This document shows positions 8,257 to 17,356 of a stretch of DNA of 64,000 nucleotides, in pieces (position 1 is the first letter of the stretch; every line of letters starts with the position of its first letter). The DNA is taken from positions 2,033 to 66,032 of the forward strand of contig JAZQXC010000003.1 of NCBI GenBank assembly GCA_045632645.1. Direction: 5' to 3'. Below the pieces are notes generated by a model, which was not told where the DNA came from, made no database searches, and saw only the letters and a program-made list of their open reading frames with translations. Source of the DNA: Alphaproteobacteria bacterium (GTDB taxonomy: Bacteria > Pseudomonadota > Alphaproteobacteria > RF32 > CAG-239). A program made the position numbers and the translations under genes.

Positions 8257-9169
8257 ATACGCCATTTTCATAACCTTGGATAGTTTTGTTTTCTTCTGCC
8301 ATTTCTAGTCTTTTTTCGGCAATGGCAACGTATTCTTTTTCTCGTTCAATACCAACATAGTGGCGACCTAATTTTTTAGCTGTAACAGATGTAGTTCCTG
8401 AACCTAAAAATGGATCAAATACAACGTCTCCCTCGTTGCTTGAAGCTAAAATTAGCTTGGCTATAAGTTTTTCTGGTTTTTGCGTTGGGTGAGGGGTGTT
8501 TTCTGCCATTGACCAAAATGGTATTGATATATCTGTCCATAAATTTGATGGAGCTGTTAGACGATATTTTTTTCCATCATCTTCTTCATCTTCTTGCCAA
8601 TCTTTAGGAACACCTTTTTCATCTTTGTATGGTGCTAGTACTGGGCGTTTTAATTTTACAGCATCTAAGTTAAATGTGTATTCGGGGGATTTGGTAAAAA
8701 ACCATACATCTTCAATACAATTTTTCCAATTATTACCGGCACTTCTTCCTTTTTCGCGTTCCCATGTTATGCGATTTTTTAATAAGAAGTACTTTCCTGC
8801 TATTTCAGGTATTGCAATAGATGTGTTCCAGTCTGAGCAGATGTATAATGTACCATTAGGTTTTAAGGAGATAAATACTTCAGCTAGCCATTTGTCCATC
8901 CATTTTTTGTATTCATTCCAATCCATTGACTTAAATTCTTTTGTGCCAAATTTTTTGGTTAGATTGTATGGAGGGTCTACCACAACTAAGTCTGCAAAGT
9001 TTGCTGGTAAATTCGGCAAAGCATCAAATGTATCTTGATAGATTGTTTTATCTAATATATCGCTTAACTTGGCTTTTTTATCTAAGGTGATTGCACGCGA
9101 AGAGTATGTTTCAATCTCCTCTTCTGATAAGAAGATTGTTTTGTTACGTGGAGCAGGGGTAGTGCTCAT
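8237..9169 (-). CDS. site-specific DNA methyltransferase (N6-adenine/N4-cytosine, beta class; DPPY motif). Solitary, with no adjacent nuclease.
   Basis: VVVDPPYNL motif IV, FDPFLGSGTTSVTAKKLGRHYVGIE motif I (beta order). Its 3' end overlaps rsmD by 20 bp. Confidence 0.85.
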   Translation of the reverse strand: MSTTPAPRNKTIFLSEEEIETYSSRAITLDKKAKLSDILDKTIYQDTFDALPNLPANFADLVVVDPPYNLTKKFGTKEFKSMDWNEYKKWMDKWLAEVFISLKPNGTLYICSDWNTSIAIPEIAGKYFLLKNRITWEREKGRSAGNNWKNCIEDVWFFTKSPEYTFNLDAVKLKRPVLAPYKDEKGVPKDWQEDEEDDGKKYRLTAPSNLWTDISIPFWSMAENTPHPTQKPEKLIAKLILASSNEGDVVFDPFLGSGTTSVTAKKLGRHYVGIEREKEYVAIAEKRLEMAEENKTIQGYENGVFKLRHD

Positions 9170-9444
9170 TGTTCTTCCCCGAATTTGTTATTGATTAAAG
9201 TTGTAAGATTAGATATTGCTTGCTCCTTATCCTCTCCTTTGGCACTAATCTTTATTGTGGTACCTTTTGATGCGGCTAACATCATTAATCCCATTATCGA
9301 ACAGCCATCAACTGTTTGTCCTAAACGCTCTACCTCAACATCTGTATTTAAGCCATCAATAGCCTTAACAAAGTTGGCAGCAGCTCTTGCGTGAAGGCCT
9401 CGTTCGTTTATGATTTCTATTTCAATAGTTATTGTATCGGTCAT
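9166..9444 (-). CDS. HPr-family phosphocarrier protein (HPr/NPr)
   Basis: GLHARAA active-site histidine region. 92 aa. Confidence 0.85.
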   Translation of the reverse strand: MTDTITIEIEIINERGLHARAAANFVKAIDGLNTDVEVERLGQTVDGCSIMGLMMLAASKGTTIKISAKGEDKEQAISNLTTLINNKFGEEQ

Positions 9445-9448
9445 CTAG

Positions 9449-9847
9449 TTATTTTCCTAATAGTTCAGAGGCGATTGTTATATATTTGATTCCAGCTTCT
9501 TTGGCACCGGTTACAGCTTCTTTTAGGCTTAAGTCTTTTCTTAGATTGCCTAATTTTACAAGCATTGGAAGGTTAATTCCGGCAATAACTTCTACGTTTG
9601 CATGATCCATAATAGAAATGGCCAAATTTGAAGGGGTGCCACCAAACATATCTGTTAGGACAATTACGCCTTCTCCTGAATCTACCTCTTTTACTTTGTT
9701 TAAAATGTCTTCACGTCTTTCGTTCATGTCGTCATTTGGACCAATGCATGCTGTTGCTATTTGTGTTTGATGTCCAACAACATGTTGCATTGCGGATAAA
9801 AATTCATCTGCAAGATTTCCGTGAGTAACTAAAACTATTCCAATCAT
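9449..9847 (-). CDS. PTS EIIA component, mannose/fructose type
   Basis: MIGIVLVTHGNLADEFL with the active-site His in the N-terminal VTHG. 132 aa. Confidence 0.8.
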   Translation of the reverse strand: MIGIVLVTHGNLADEFLSAMQHVVGHQTQIATACIGPNDDMNERREDILNKVKEVDSGEGVIVLTDMFGGTPSNLAISIMDHANVEVIAGINLPMLVKLGNLRKDLSLKEAVTGAKEAGIKYITIASELLGK

Positions 9848-10263
9848 TTATTTTCTCCGCTTGTCCATATGTTAATTGCACCAAAAGCATCAATAATTTC
9901 TTGTTTGCTTTTATAGCGTTCGTATTCATCTGCTCTTACTTGGCGACCTTTGAAAACGATTTCTTCTACTGTTTCAACAGGTACTGCATAAGTTCTTATT
10001 ACAGTATCTTTATTTGTTTCAATAAACATAACAAACTCAGCCTCAGCAAGAGGAGAGCTTGTTTCTTTACTTATACCTTCAAGTTTTATGGCTGTTTTTT
10101 CATCTCTGTATAATATTGCGGTTGTATCGCCATTATATTCTAATTTGGGATTTGATGGTGGTGTTTTTCTTTCATCAATGAAAATGGCTAATTCACCAAA
10201 TTTATTTTCTATAATCTCGAAAAAGTCTTGTTTTTCGACTACCGCATAATATTGATTTTCCAT
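9844..10263 (-). CDS. hypothetical protein in the position where alphaproteobacteria usually carry short HprK (no P-loop present)
   Basis: 139-aa ORF, 4-bp overlap with the EIIA gene. No GxxGxGKS motif. Confidence 0.5.
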   Translation of the reverse strand: MENQYYAVVEKQDFFEIIENKFGELAIFIDERKTPPSNPKLEYNGDTTAILYRDEKTAIKLEGISKETSSPLAEAEFVMFIETNKDTVIRTYAVPVETVEEIVFKGRQVRADEYERYKSKQEIIDAFGAINIWTSGENK

Positions 10264-10369
10264 ATTGCCCTCTAGTTTTATTATCTTTTAAACAAATAGT
10301 AGGATAGCACGATTTTTTCCTACTGTCAACAAGAATAAAAACTCGGCAAAAGTTTATAAAAAACAATGT

Positions 10370-10753
10370 TTAGCTTGATTTTTGTTTGATTAGTTTTGAA
10401 AGAGAGGTTTTATTTTTTATCTTTTTTAGTTCTTTTTCTTTTAAAGGGCGCTTTAATTGTAGAGGTTTTTCTATTTTTTCTTTTAAGGCTAGTTTTCGTA
10501 ATTTTTTTACGTTATATGGAGCTGATGTTGTAATTTTATTATCAATTTTTTTATTTTTTTTGAGTTTTAGCTTGAGAGCCAACATATCACTTGAGTCTTT
10601 TATGATTATTTTTCCTAAATCTTGTTGTTGCTTGGTTATTTTTAGGATTTCTTTTTCTGTAAGCTTATGTGAGCTATTCTCTTTTTTTGTAGATGTGGTT
10701 TCTTTTATGGCGCTTTCTAGTTCTCGTATTTGATTTGAGAGATTTTTTTGCAT
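10370..10753 (-). CDS. lysine-rich low-complexity hypothetical protein
   Basis: 127 aa, >25% Lys, KLKLKKNKK repeats. Translationally coupled (2-nt gap) to the upstream PAS gene. Confidence 0.4.
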   Translation of the reverse strand: MQKNLSNQIRELESAIKETTSTKKENSSHKLTEKEILKITKQQQDLGKIIIKDSSDMLALKLKLKKNKKIDNKITTSAPYNVKKLRKLALKEKIEKPLQLKRPLKEKELKKIKNKTSLSKLIKQKSS

Positions 10754-10754
10754 T

Positions 10755-12377
10755 TTACTCCTTATGGTAGGTTATCATTAGTGATGTATCTGGTAGAATT
10801 GATGGAGTTACTGTTAAGTTTTTTTTGTTTTTTAGTTTTAAGCTAAAAGTAGTCATCGATGTTATATGGTTTATCATATTGTCTTTAAATGATTTCCAAT
10901 CTTCAAGTTCGGGGAGGATTGGCTCATGCATATCAATAACTTCTTTTAGGGTTAGGTCTTCAGATAATTCTTTATTTTCAAGTTTTAATAGGTTTATAAA
11001 TGCATTGTTATAAATCTTTAACTTAAGGTTAGGGGAGAATATAACAACAGAATCGCTTAAATTATTCAAAATACCTTGTTGGACGGCATTTAAGTCATTT
11101 AAGTTTCTGGTTGTTGCTAAATCATCTGTGATATCTTCGTATGCGATGAGTGTGCCATCAGAGTGTGGGGCACGAATGCGCTTAAATGTTCTGCCATCTG
11201 GAATGTAAAGTAGGTCTTCTTTAGGTTCTGTTAAGCCTTCAAATGCTTTATTTTCTTCTTCTTTATATAATTTGAAGTCTGGAACCTCTGGCAATACCTT
11301 TAACTCTCTTATTTTATCTAAGAAGAGGTTATAGTGTGGGGTTTGATCGGTAAAATTATGGGGCAAATTCCATAATTTTAAGAATGCAGAGTTTGAAAAA
11401 ATAAGTTTGTGCTCTGGATTGATAATGCAAAAACCTGTGTCGAGCGAACTTAATATCTCTAAGTGAGAATCTAGGTGCATTTGATAATTGCGTTTTGCAT
11501 CGTCAAAGTTTGTGATATCAATGAGTGAACCGATGATATGAGTCGTCTTTAAGGACGAATCGTGATATGGGGTTTTAGTTATTTCAAATTTTTTAAGCTC
11601 GCCACTTGTTAAGATGTTTACATGTTTTTTTTGTGGAGTGTTTGATATTTTGGCATTTTGAGCTAATTCTTTGAAGTTTGTTGTGTTTCCTAAGTCTTTT
11701 AGGTTTGAATTAGTGCTGTTTAGCTCATTAAAGTTTTTTAAGCCAAGTAAATTTAAGTATGGGCGATTTAAGATTGTGAGGTTAAGGTTTTCATCGCGCA
11801 GCCATATTGGATTTGGAATATTGTCAATTAGAATGCGGAAATCTTCAATTTGTTTGCTCATTGAAAGGGCTTCTTTTGTTACTTTATCGATATATTGTCT
11901 GCTTTCGGTTATGTCTCTAAACCAAATACAGTTACTATTTATTTCGTTATCGGTTGAGTTTATTTTGGTGCCCATTATAACAAAAGTTTTATCATCAGTT
12001 GTTTGGGCGATAAGCTCAAAACCAATTCCTCGTTTGATTAAAATGTTGAACTTTTGCTTTATTGTTTCTTTGTAAGTGTTTGAAAATAATGAAAACACTT
12101 CTTCAGGTTTGCTGTCTTCGCCATTTTTAAGATTTAGGATTGTTGCTAATCTTCTAGAGCAGTATTCGTATGTTTTATTTTTATATACAGAATAGGTTAG
12201 ATAGCCATCTTTTGAAGCATAGAGCATTTCTTCATAATGACGGTTAGCTAAATCTAATTTAGAAAGAGTGTTTTTTAGCTTTTTATTTTTGTACATGATA
12301 ATAAAAGCAAAAAAAGGAAATGTAAGTGAAATGCCAAACCATATATATAGTAAAGCGGTTATTGTTTCTATAGTCAT
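10755..12377 (-). CDS. membrane-anchored multi-PAS-like sensor protein lacking a recognisable histidine-kinase H-box/ATPase
   Basis: N-terminal TM (LLYIWFGISLTFPFFAFIIMY) then ~500 aa with PAS-like segments. No HEL/HATPase motifs found by eye. Start set at the ATG at 12377. Confidence 0.55.
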   Translation of the reverse strand: MTIETITALLYIWFGISLTFPFFAFIIMYKNKKLKNTLSKLDLANRHYEEMLYASKDGYLTYSVYKNKTYEYCSRRLATILNLKNGEDSKPEEVFSLFSNTYKETIKQKFNILIKRGIGFELIAQTTDDKTFVIMGTKINSTDNEINSNCIWFRDITESRQYIDKVTKEALSMSKQIEDFRILIDNIPNPIWLRDENLNLTILNRPYLNLLGLKNFNELNSTNSNLKDLGNTTNFKELAQNAKISNTPQKKHVNILTSGELKKFEITKTPYHDSSLKTTHIIGSLIDITNFDDAKRNYQMHLDSHLEILSSLDTGFCIINPEHKLIFSNSAFLKLWNLPHNFTDQTPHYNLFLDKIRELKVLPEVPDFKLYKEEENKAFEGLTEPKEDLLYIPDGRTFKRIRAPHSDGTLIAYEDITDDLATTRNLNDLNAVQQGILNNLSDSVVIFSPNLKLKIYNNAFINLLKLENKELSEDLTLKEVIDMHEPILPELEDWKSFKDNMINHITSMTTFSLKLKNKKNLTVTPSILPDTSLMITYHKE

Positions 12378-12492
12378 GTATTTTCTCTCTAAAATTAAAA
12401 AAAAGGTTGTTTGTTTTTTTATTTTGTTATATATGTCTTTAATGCATATATTATATGTTAGCAAATTAAAAATTGAAAGAGTAAACAAGGAT

Positions 12493-13149
12493 ATGTATAC
12501 ACTAGTATTTGATACGACAGCTATGGGGCTTGTGTTGGCGCTTTATAAAGATATGGAGTGCAAACAAAAAATTGAGAAATTTATGGAATTTGGGCAGGCT
12601 GAAGAACTAGCTGTTGGTGTAAGTGAGCTTTTAGAGAAAGAAAATATTTTGTTTTCTGATGTTGATTTGCTTGGAGTTTCGGTTGGTCCTGGCTCTTTTA
12701 CAGGTGTTAGGGCGGGTGTTTCTTTTGCTAGAGGGTTGGCTTTGGGGCATGAGGAACTTAAAATTACTGGTGTTTCTAATTTTGATGTTTACATTGAAAT
12801 GCTAAAAAAAGAGTATAGGGCTTTTTATAATGCAGTTGTGATTGAAACTAAGCGTGAAGATTTTTATTTTCAGCTCTTTGATGAAAATTTAACAAAATTA
12901 ACTCCACCTCTTGCTTTAGGACGTGATGAAATTAGAGAAAAGCTTAAATCTCATAAGGTTAGTTTTATTGGTGATGGGGTTGAGAGGTTGTTGTCGGTAC
13001 CGATGGGGCTTGATATTTGTCATGTAGAATTGGTTGATTTTGTTGATTATAAAGCATTATTTGGTGCTGTTTATAAAAAATATTTGGCTAAAAACCTTGA
13101 TTTTCCGAAACCATTGTATATAAGAAGTGCTGAGACTTGTGTAAAATAA
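12493..13149 (+). CDS. tsaB: tRNA threonylcarbamoyladenosine biosynthesis protein TsaB (YeaZ)
   Basis: MYTLVFDTTAM ... LLGVSVGPGSFTGVRAGVSFARGLA. Start moved to the internal ATG at 12493; the track ORF has a 75-codon hydrophobic extension. Confidence 0.8.
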   Translation: MYTLVFDTTAMGLVLALYKDMECKQKIEKFMEFGQAEELAVGVSELLEKENILFSDVDLLGVSVGPGSFTGVRAGVSFARGLALGHEELKITGVSNFDVYIEMLKKEYRAFYNAVVIETKREDFYFQLFDENLTKLTPPLALGRDEIREKLKSHKVSFIGDGVERLLSVPMGLDICHVELVDFVDYKALFGAVYKKYLAKNLDFPKPLYIRSAETCVK

Positions 13150-13235
13150 GCAAAAAAGTATAGATTACTTTGAAATTTGGTGTTATATGCTAAATTCGAG
13201 ATTAATTAAGTTTATATTTTCATGAGAGGTATATT

Positions 13236-13517
13236 GTGACTAGATCTGAATTAATAGAAAGCGTAGCTAAGAAGAATCCAAATCTTTTAATTAGCGAAGT
13301 TGAAAAAATTGTTAATATTATTTTCCAAAATATCACATCTGCTTTAGCTAAGGGAGATAGAGTGGAATTTAGAGGTTTTGGTGTATTTTCTATTCATAAA
13401 AGAGAACCAAGAGTGGCTCAAAACCCAAGAACAGGCGCTAAAGTAAAGATTGGTAGTCGTAATATTGTGCACTTTAAGGTTGGTAAAGAATTGCATGAAA
13501 AATTAAATGAGAACTAA
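13236..13517 (+). CDS. ihfB: integration host factor beta subunit
   Basis: TRSELIE...GDRVEFRGFGVFSIHKREPRVAQNPRTGAKV. GTG start. Confidence 0.9.
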   Translation: MTRSELIESVAKKNPNLLISEVEKIVNIIFQNITSALAKGDRVEFRGFGVFSIHKREPRVAQNPRTGAKVKIGSRNIVHFKVGKELHEKLNEN

Positions 13518-13550
13518 TTGTTTTTAATATTTAGTTGTTAGGAGATTGTT

Positions 13551-13949
13551 ATGTGGCTACTTAAAGTTTTAATTTCTCTTCCTGTTTTGACTTTATTTGT
13601 TATGTTTTTAGTACAAAACAACGAGTTAGTTGCTTTGTGGCCTTTTCCTAATTTAGAGATTGCTGTTAGTGTTGTTTATTTTGTTTTGTTTGGCTTGGGT
13701 TATTTAATAGGACGCATGGTTGCTTGGTCGCAATATGCTCCTCTTAGAGCTAGAATTCGTCAACAAAAGAAAGAAAATAAACAATTAACTAAAGAACATC
13801 AAAGACTTAATATTGAACATGAAAAACTTAATCAACAAGTTAGTTCTTTGCAAGAAGAAGTTGATACTAAAGGTGGAAAAAAGTTATCTTTTTCGCTTAA
13901 TAGAAAAATCAAAGGATGGTTTTCTCAGCCATCTGTTGATGATAAATAA
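13551..13949 (+). CDS. LapA-like (DUF1049) inner-membrane protein
   Basis: Two N-terminal TM helices then a coiled-coil. Conserved position after ihfB. Confidence 0.6.
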   Translation: MWLLKVLISLPVLTLFVMFLVQNNELVALWPFPNLEIAVSVVYFVLFGLGYLIGRMVAWSQYAPLRARIRQQKKENKQLTKEHQRLNIEHEKLNQQVSSLQEEVDTKGGKKLSFSLNRKIKGWFSQPSVDDK

Positions 13950-13963
13950 TAAGAGAGGTATTC

Positions 13964-14821
13964 ATGAATTGGCTGACGGATATTGTTCGACCAAAGATTA
14001 AAAAGACTACACCAAAAGAAATTGCTGATGATTTGTGGGTGAAATGTCCAGAATGTGGGCAAATGCTTTTTTCGAAAGAATTAAAGCAAACTCTTTATGT
14101 ATGTACTAAATGTGGTTATCATTTAAGACTTTATGTTGATAAGAGATTAAAGCAATTATTTGATGGTGGCATTTATTCTGAAATGGTATTGCCTCAAGTT
14201 AAAGAGGACCCTCTTAAGTTTAAGGATACTCAAAGATATACAGATAGAATTAAGGTATATCGCAAAAAAACTGGTGGAAATGATGCTATTAAGGTTGGTT
14301 TAGGTAAGGTTGCTGATATTGATAGCGTTGTGGCTGCTATGGACTTTTCATTTATGGGTGGGTCTATGGGAACAGCTGTGGGCGAAGGTATTGTGACAGC
14401 AGCTGAGTATGCTTATGAGCATAATTGTCCTCTTATTATTGCAAGTGCATCAGGTGGTGCTCGTATGCAAGAGGGGATGTTGTCTTTGATGCAAATGGCT
14501 AGAACAACAGCAGCGATTAATCGCTTGAAAGAAAAAGGTTTACCTTATATTTCTATTTTTACTGACCCAACAACTGGTGGTGTTTCAGCGTCATTTGCGA
14601 TGATTGGCGATATTCATATTGCTGAGCGTGGTGCATTGATTGGTTTTGCTGGTAAACGTGTTATTGAGCAAACAATTAGAGAAAAATTGCCTGAAGGTTT
14701 CCAAACAGCTGAATACTTAAAAGAACATGGTATGGTTGATATTGTTGTCGAGCGTAAAGATTTGAAAGAAACTCTTGATAGAGTGCTTTTTATGTTGATG
14801 GCAAATAAAAAAGCTATTTAA
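13964..14821 (+). CDS. accD: acetyl-CoA carboxylase carboxyltransferase beta subunit
   Basis: CPECGQMLFSKELKQTLYVCTKCGYHLRL zinc finger plus carboxyltransferase core. Confidence 0.9.
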   Translation: MNWLTDIVRPKIKKTTPKEIADDLWVKCPECGQMLFSKELKQTLYVCTKCGYHLRLYVDKRLKQLFDGGIYSEMVLPQVKEDPLKFKDTQRYTDRIKVYRKKTGGNDAIKVGLGKVADIDSVVAAMDFSFMGGSMGTAVGEGIVTAAEYAYEHNCPLIIASASGGARMQEGMLSLMQMARTTAAINRLKEKGLPYISIFTDPTTGGVSASFAMIGDIHIAERGALIGFAGKRVIEQTIREKLPEGFQTAEYLKEHGMVDIVVERKDLKETLDRVLFMLMANKKAI

Positions 14822-14840
14822 TGTTTTGTATTTTTTATTA

Positions 14841-14870
14841 AAAAGGGGCTAATTAAGGCCTCTTTTTTTT
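14841..14870. terminator. bidirectional terminator between accD and the convergent OMP gene
   Basis: AAAAGGGGC ... GCCTCTTTTTTTT stem with A-run and T-run. Confidence 0.55.
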
Positions 14871-14948
14871 AGTGGATGGTGAAAAAATAAACTTCAAGAG
14901 GAGAATTAATTTCTCTCTTGAAGCTTTTGTTTTTAAATTGTTATTTTG

Positions 14949-15527
14949 TTAGAATGCGTAGCTTAGGCCGGCAGTCATTTCCATGACGTGGTTAAGATTT
15001 TTCATGCCGACATAAGCGTATCTTCCCATTACACGCATTGATACGTTATGTGTGAAGTCATATGAGAAACCAACACCAGCTCTGTAACCCATGCGTTGTT
15101 TGTCTTCGCTACCAGTTGGTTTAAATTTGTATTTGATATTATAGTCTGCAAGACCAAGTGAGCCTAGTAAATTAAATCCTGAGCACATAACGGGCATTTT
15201 TCCATACATATCTAAACCCCATGCATAGTATTCAGATTTGATTTTTTCTGGCTCGTGATGTGATTTACGCTCACCAGATTGTTGGAAAAAGGCTTCTATG
15301 CTTGTATATTTACCCAAATCAACTCCGAGATTTACTTTCCATGAGCTGTAATCTTTTTTGGCATGTTTTACTTTTGAGCCTTGTTTTAGGTGTGAATAAA
15401 CATAATCAGCACCAATATATGGTCTGTAGTAGTCGTTGGTGTTCCAACTTGTGGCATTTGCGTTTAGAGCAAAAACCGAAACTGCTGCAGCTAATAAACA
15501 AATTTTTTTCATGTGTTTTAACTCCAT
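14949..15527 (-). CDS. outer-membrane beta-barrel protein (Omp25/OmpA-like porin family)
   Basis: Signal peptide MKKICLLAAAVSVFALNANA, alternating amphipathic strands, C-terminal aromatic (…GLSYAF). Confidence 0.7.
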   Translation of the reverse strand: MELKHMKKICLLAAAVSVFALNANATSWNTNDYYRPYIGADYVYSHLKQGSKVKHAKKDYSSWKVNLGVDLGKYTSIEAFFQQSGERKSHHEPEKIKSEYYAWGLDMYGKMPVMCSGFNLLGSLGLADYNIKYKFKPTGSEDKQRMGYRAGVGFSYDFTHNVSMRVMGRYAYVGMKNLNHVMEMTAGLSYAF

Positions 15528-15716
15528 TGTAAACTAAAATTAACTTTAGTCCTAAAGTATTATTTGGTTTGTAATACTTTTCGCTAGCTTATATAACTAT
15601 TAAATTTATCATTTAAAGGGGGAGGTGTGTTTTTTCTTAAAATGGTGTGTTTCTTTGTTTGACTTTATTTTTTATTTTAGAGTATTATTGAAGAAAATAT
15701 ATGGTTTGAGGAAAAG

Positions 15717-17300
15717 ATGTTTTATAGACTTAATAATATTAAAATGCCAATAGAAACAGATGTTGAGATTGTGGTTAGCAAAGTTGTTGAAAAATTTGGT
15801 GATAAAAATATTAAAAATGCTAAAATTGTTAAAAAATCTATTGATGCGAGAAAGAAAGATAATGTTTTCTTTGTGTTTTCAGTTGAGTTTGAGTGTGACG
15901 AAAATATTGAATGTAATCAGGATTTAATTAGATTTGAGCCCGAAGAAGTTTTAGATTTTGGAATATATAAGTGGAATAAAGAGTATAGACCTGTTGTTAT
16001 TGGAAGTGGACCTTCGGGAATGATGGCAGGTCTTTGCTTGGCTGAAATGGGAGCTAAACCTATTATTATTGAAAGAGGGGGAGATGTTGATGAGAGAGGT
16101 AGAAAAGTTAAAGATTTTTGGGAAAAGGGCGTGTTAGATGAAAAATCTAATGTACAATTTGGTGAAGGAGGAGCAGGAACTTTTTCTGATGGCAAGCTTA
16201 TGACAGGCATAAAAAAAGATAAGTTTGTGGCTAAGGTCTTAAATGAGTTTGTTTTAAATGGGGCGCCAAAAGAAATTTTATATCTGCAAAAACCACATAT
16301 TGGTACTGATAATTTGGTTAAAATGGTTAAAAATATTAGAAAAAAGATTGAAAGCCTTGGAGGAGAATATCGTTTTAAGGAAGTTTTTGTTGGATTTGAA
16401 GTAGAAGATGATGAGGTTTGTAGTGCGCTAATTAAAAGGGATAATGGAGAATTATATAGTATAAAGACAAAAGACATCTTTTTAGGGGTTGGACATTCTG
16501 CTAGAGATACGTTTAAGATGCTTTTTGATAAAGGCGTTAATATGGCGCAAAAACCTTTTGCCGTTGGATGTAGAATTGAACATAAGCAAAAAGATATAAA
16601 TTTAAGCCAATATGGAAAAAAATATTGCAATTCTCCGTATTTGGGGGCAAGTGATTATAAACTTGCAGTACATTTAGAGAATAATCGCTCTCTTTATAGT
16701 TTTTGTATGTGTCCGGGAGGGGTTGTAGTTGGTGCAACTAATCTTGAGGGGCATGTTGTTACAAATGGTATGAGTGAATATAAACGTGATAAAGAAAATG
16801 CTAATGCTGCGCTACTTGTGAATGTTGATGAAAGAGATTTTGGTTCAAAACATCCACTCGCAGGGATTGAATTTCAAGAAAATTTAGAAAAGAAGGCATT
16901 TGAGCTTGGGGGGAGTAATTACTTTGCGCCGGTTCAGCTTGTTAAAGACTTTATTAAATCGAAGAAAACAGATAAACTTTTAAGTGTTAAGCCATCATAT
17001 TTGCCAGGGGTTATGTGTAGTGATTTTAAGAAGTTATTTAGTAAAGATATATATGAAGCTTTACAAAAAGGGCTTATGTTAATGGAGAATAAATTAAAAG
17101 GTTTTACTTTAAGTGATGCTGTTTTAACAGCTGTTGAGACAAGAAGCTCTAGTCCTGTTAGAATTGAAAGAGATGAAAATTTTAATGCCAATGTTAGAGG
17201 ACTTCATCCTATTGGTGAAGGGGCTGGGTATGCAGGTGGAATAACGTCGGCATCTGCAGATGGTGTTAAGGCAGTTTATAATGTGGGGATAAAAAAATAA
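15717..17300 (+). CDS. FAD-dependent oxidoreductase (COG2509-like)
   Basis: VVIGSGPSGMMAGLCLAEMG dinucleotide-binding motif. 527 aa. Confidence 0.75.
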   Translation: MFYRLNNIKMPIETDVEIVVSKVVEKFGDKNIKNAKIVKKSIDARKKDNVFFVFSVEFECDENIECNQDLIRFEPEEVLDFGIYKWNKEYRPVVIGSGPSGMMAGLCLAEMGAKPIIIERGGDVDERGRKVKDFWEKGVLDEKSNVQFGEGGAGTFSDGKLMTGIKKDKFVAKVLNEFVLNGAPKEILYLQKPHIGTDNLVKMVKNIRKKIESLGGEYRFKEVFVGFEVEDDEVCSALIKRDNGELYSIKTKDIFLGVGHSARDTFKMLFDKGVNMAQKPFAVGCRIEHKQKDINLSQYGKKYCNSPYLGASDYKLAVHLENNRSLYSFCMCPGGVVVGATNLEGHVVTNGMSEYKRDKENANAALLVNVDERDFGSKHPLAGIEFQENLEKKAFELGGSNYFAPVQLVKDFIKSKKTDKLLSVKPSYLPGVMCSDFKKLFSKDIYEALQKGLMLMENKLKGFTLSDAVLTAVETRSSSPVRIERDENFNANVRGLHPIGEGAGYAGGITSASADGVKAVYNVGIKK

Positions 17301-17356
17301 TGGTTTTAAAAATAAACTATTAAGTTATATAAAAATATAAGGATTATAAAAGGAGT

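Noticed and set aside
8496-9038. 180-aa plus-strand ORF inside the methyltransferase gene
   Set aside because: Fully antisense to a well-supported CDS and Ser/Phe-rich low-complexity translation. Typical shadow ORF.
9844-10263. Considered calling this ORF the short alphaproteobacterial HPr kinase/phosphorylase
   Set aside because: No Walker A (GxxGxGKS) or HprK C-terminal signature could be found by eye. Only positional analogy supports it.
12268-12492. 75-codon N-terminal extension of tsaB in the ORF track
   Set aside because: Hydrophobic, AT-rich translation overlapping the divergent promoter region. The conserved TsaB N-terminus begins at the internal Met at 12493.
15917-16630. 237-aa minus-strand ORF antisense to the FAD oxidoreductase gene, and similar shadow ORFs at 4005-4583, 22034-22474, 58123-58755, 60722-61042 and 61922-62194
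   Set aside because: Antisense to strongly supported genes. Compositions (Ser/Leu/Phe-rich, many His/Asn) mirror the sense-strand codons.
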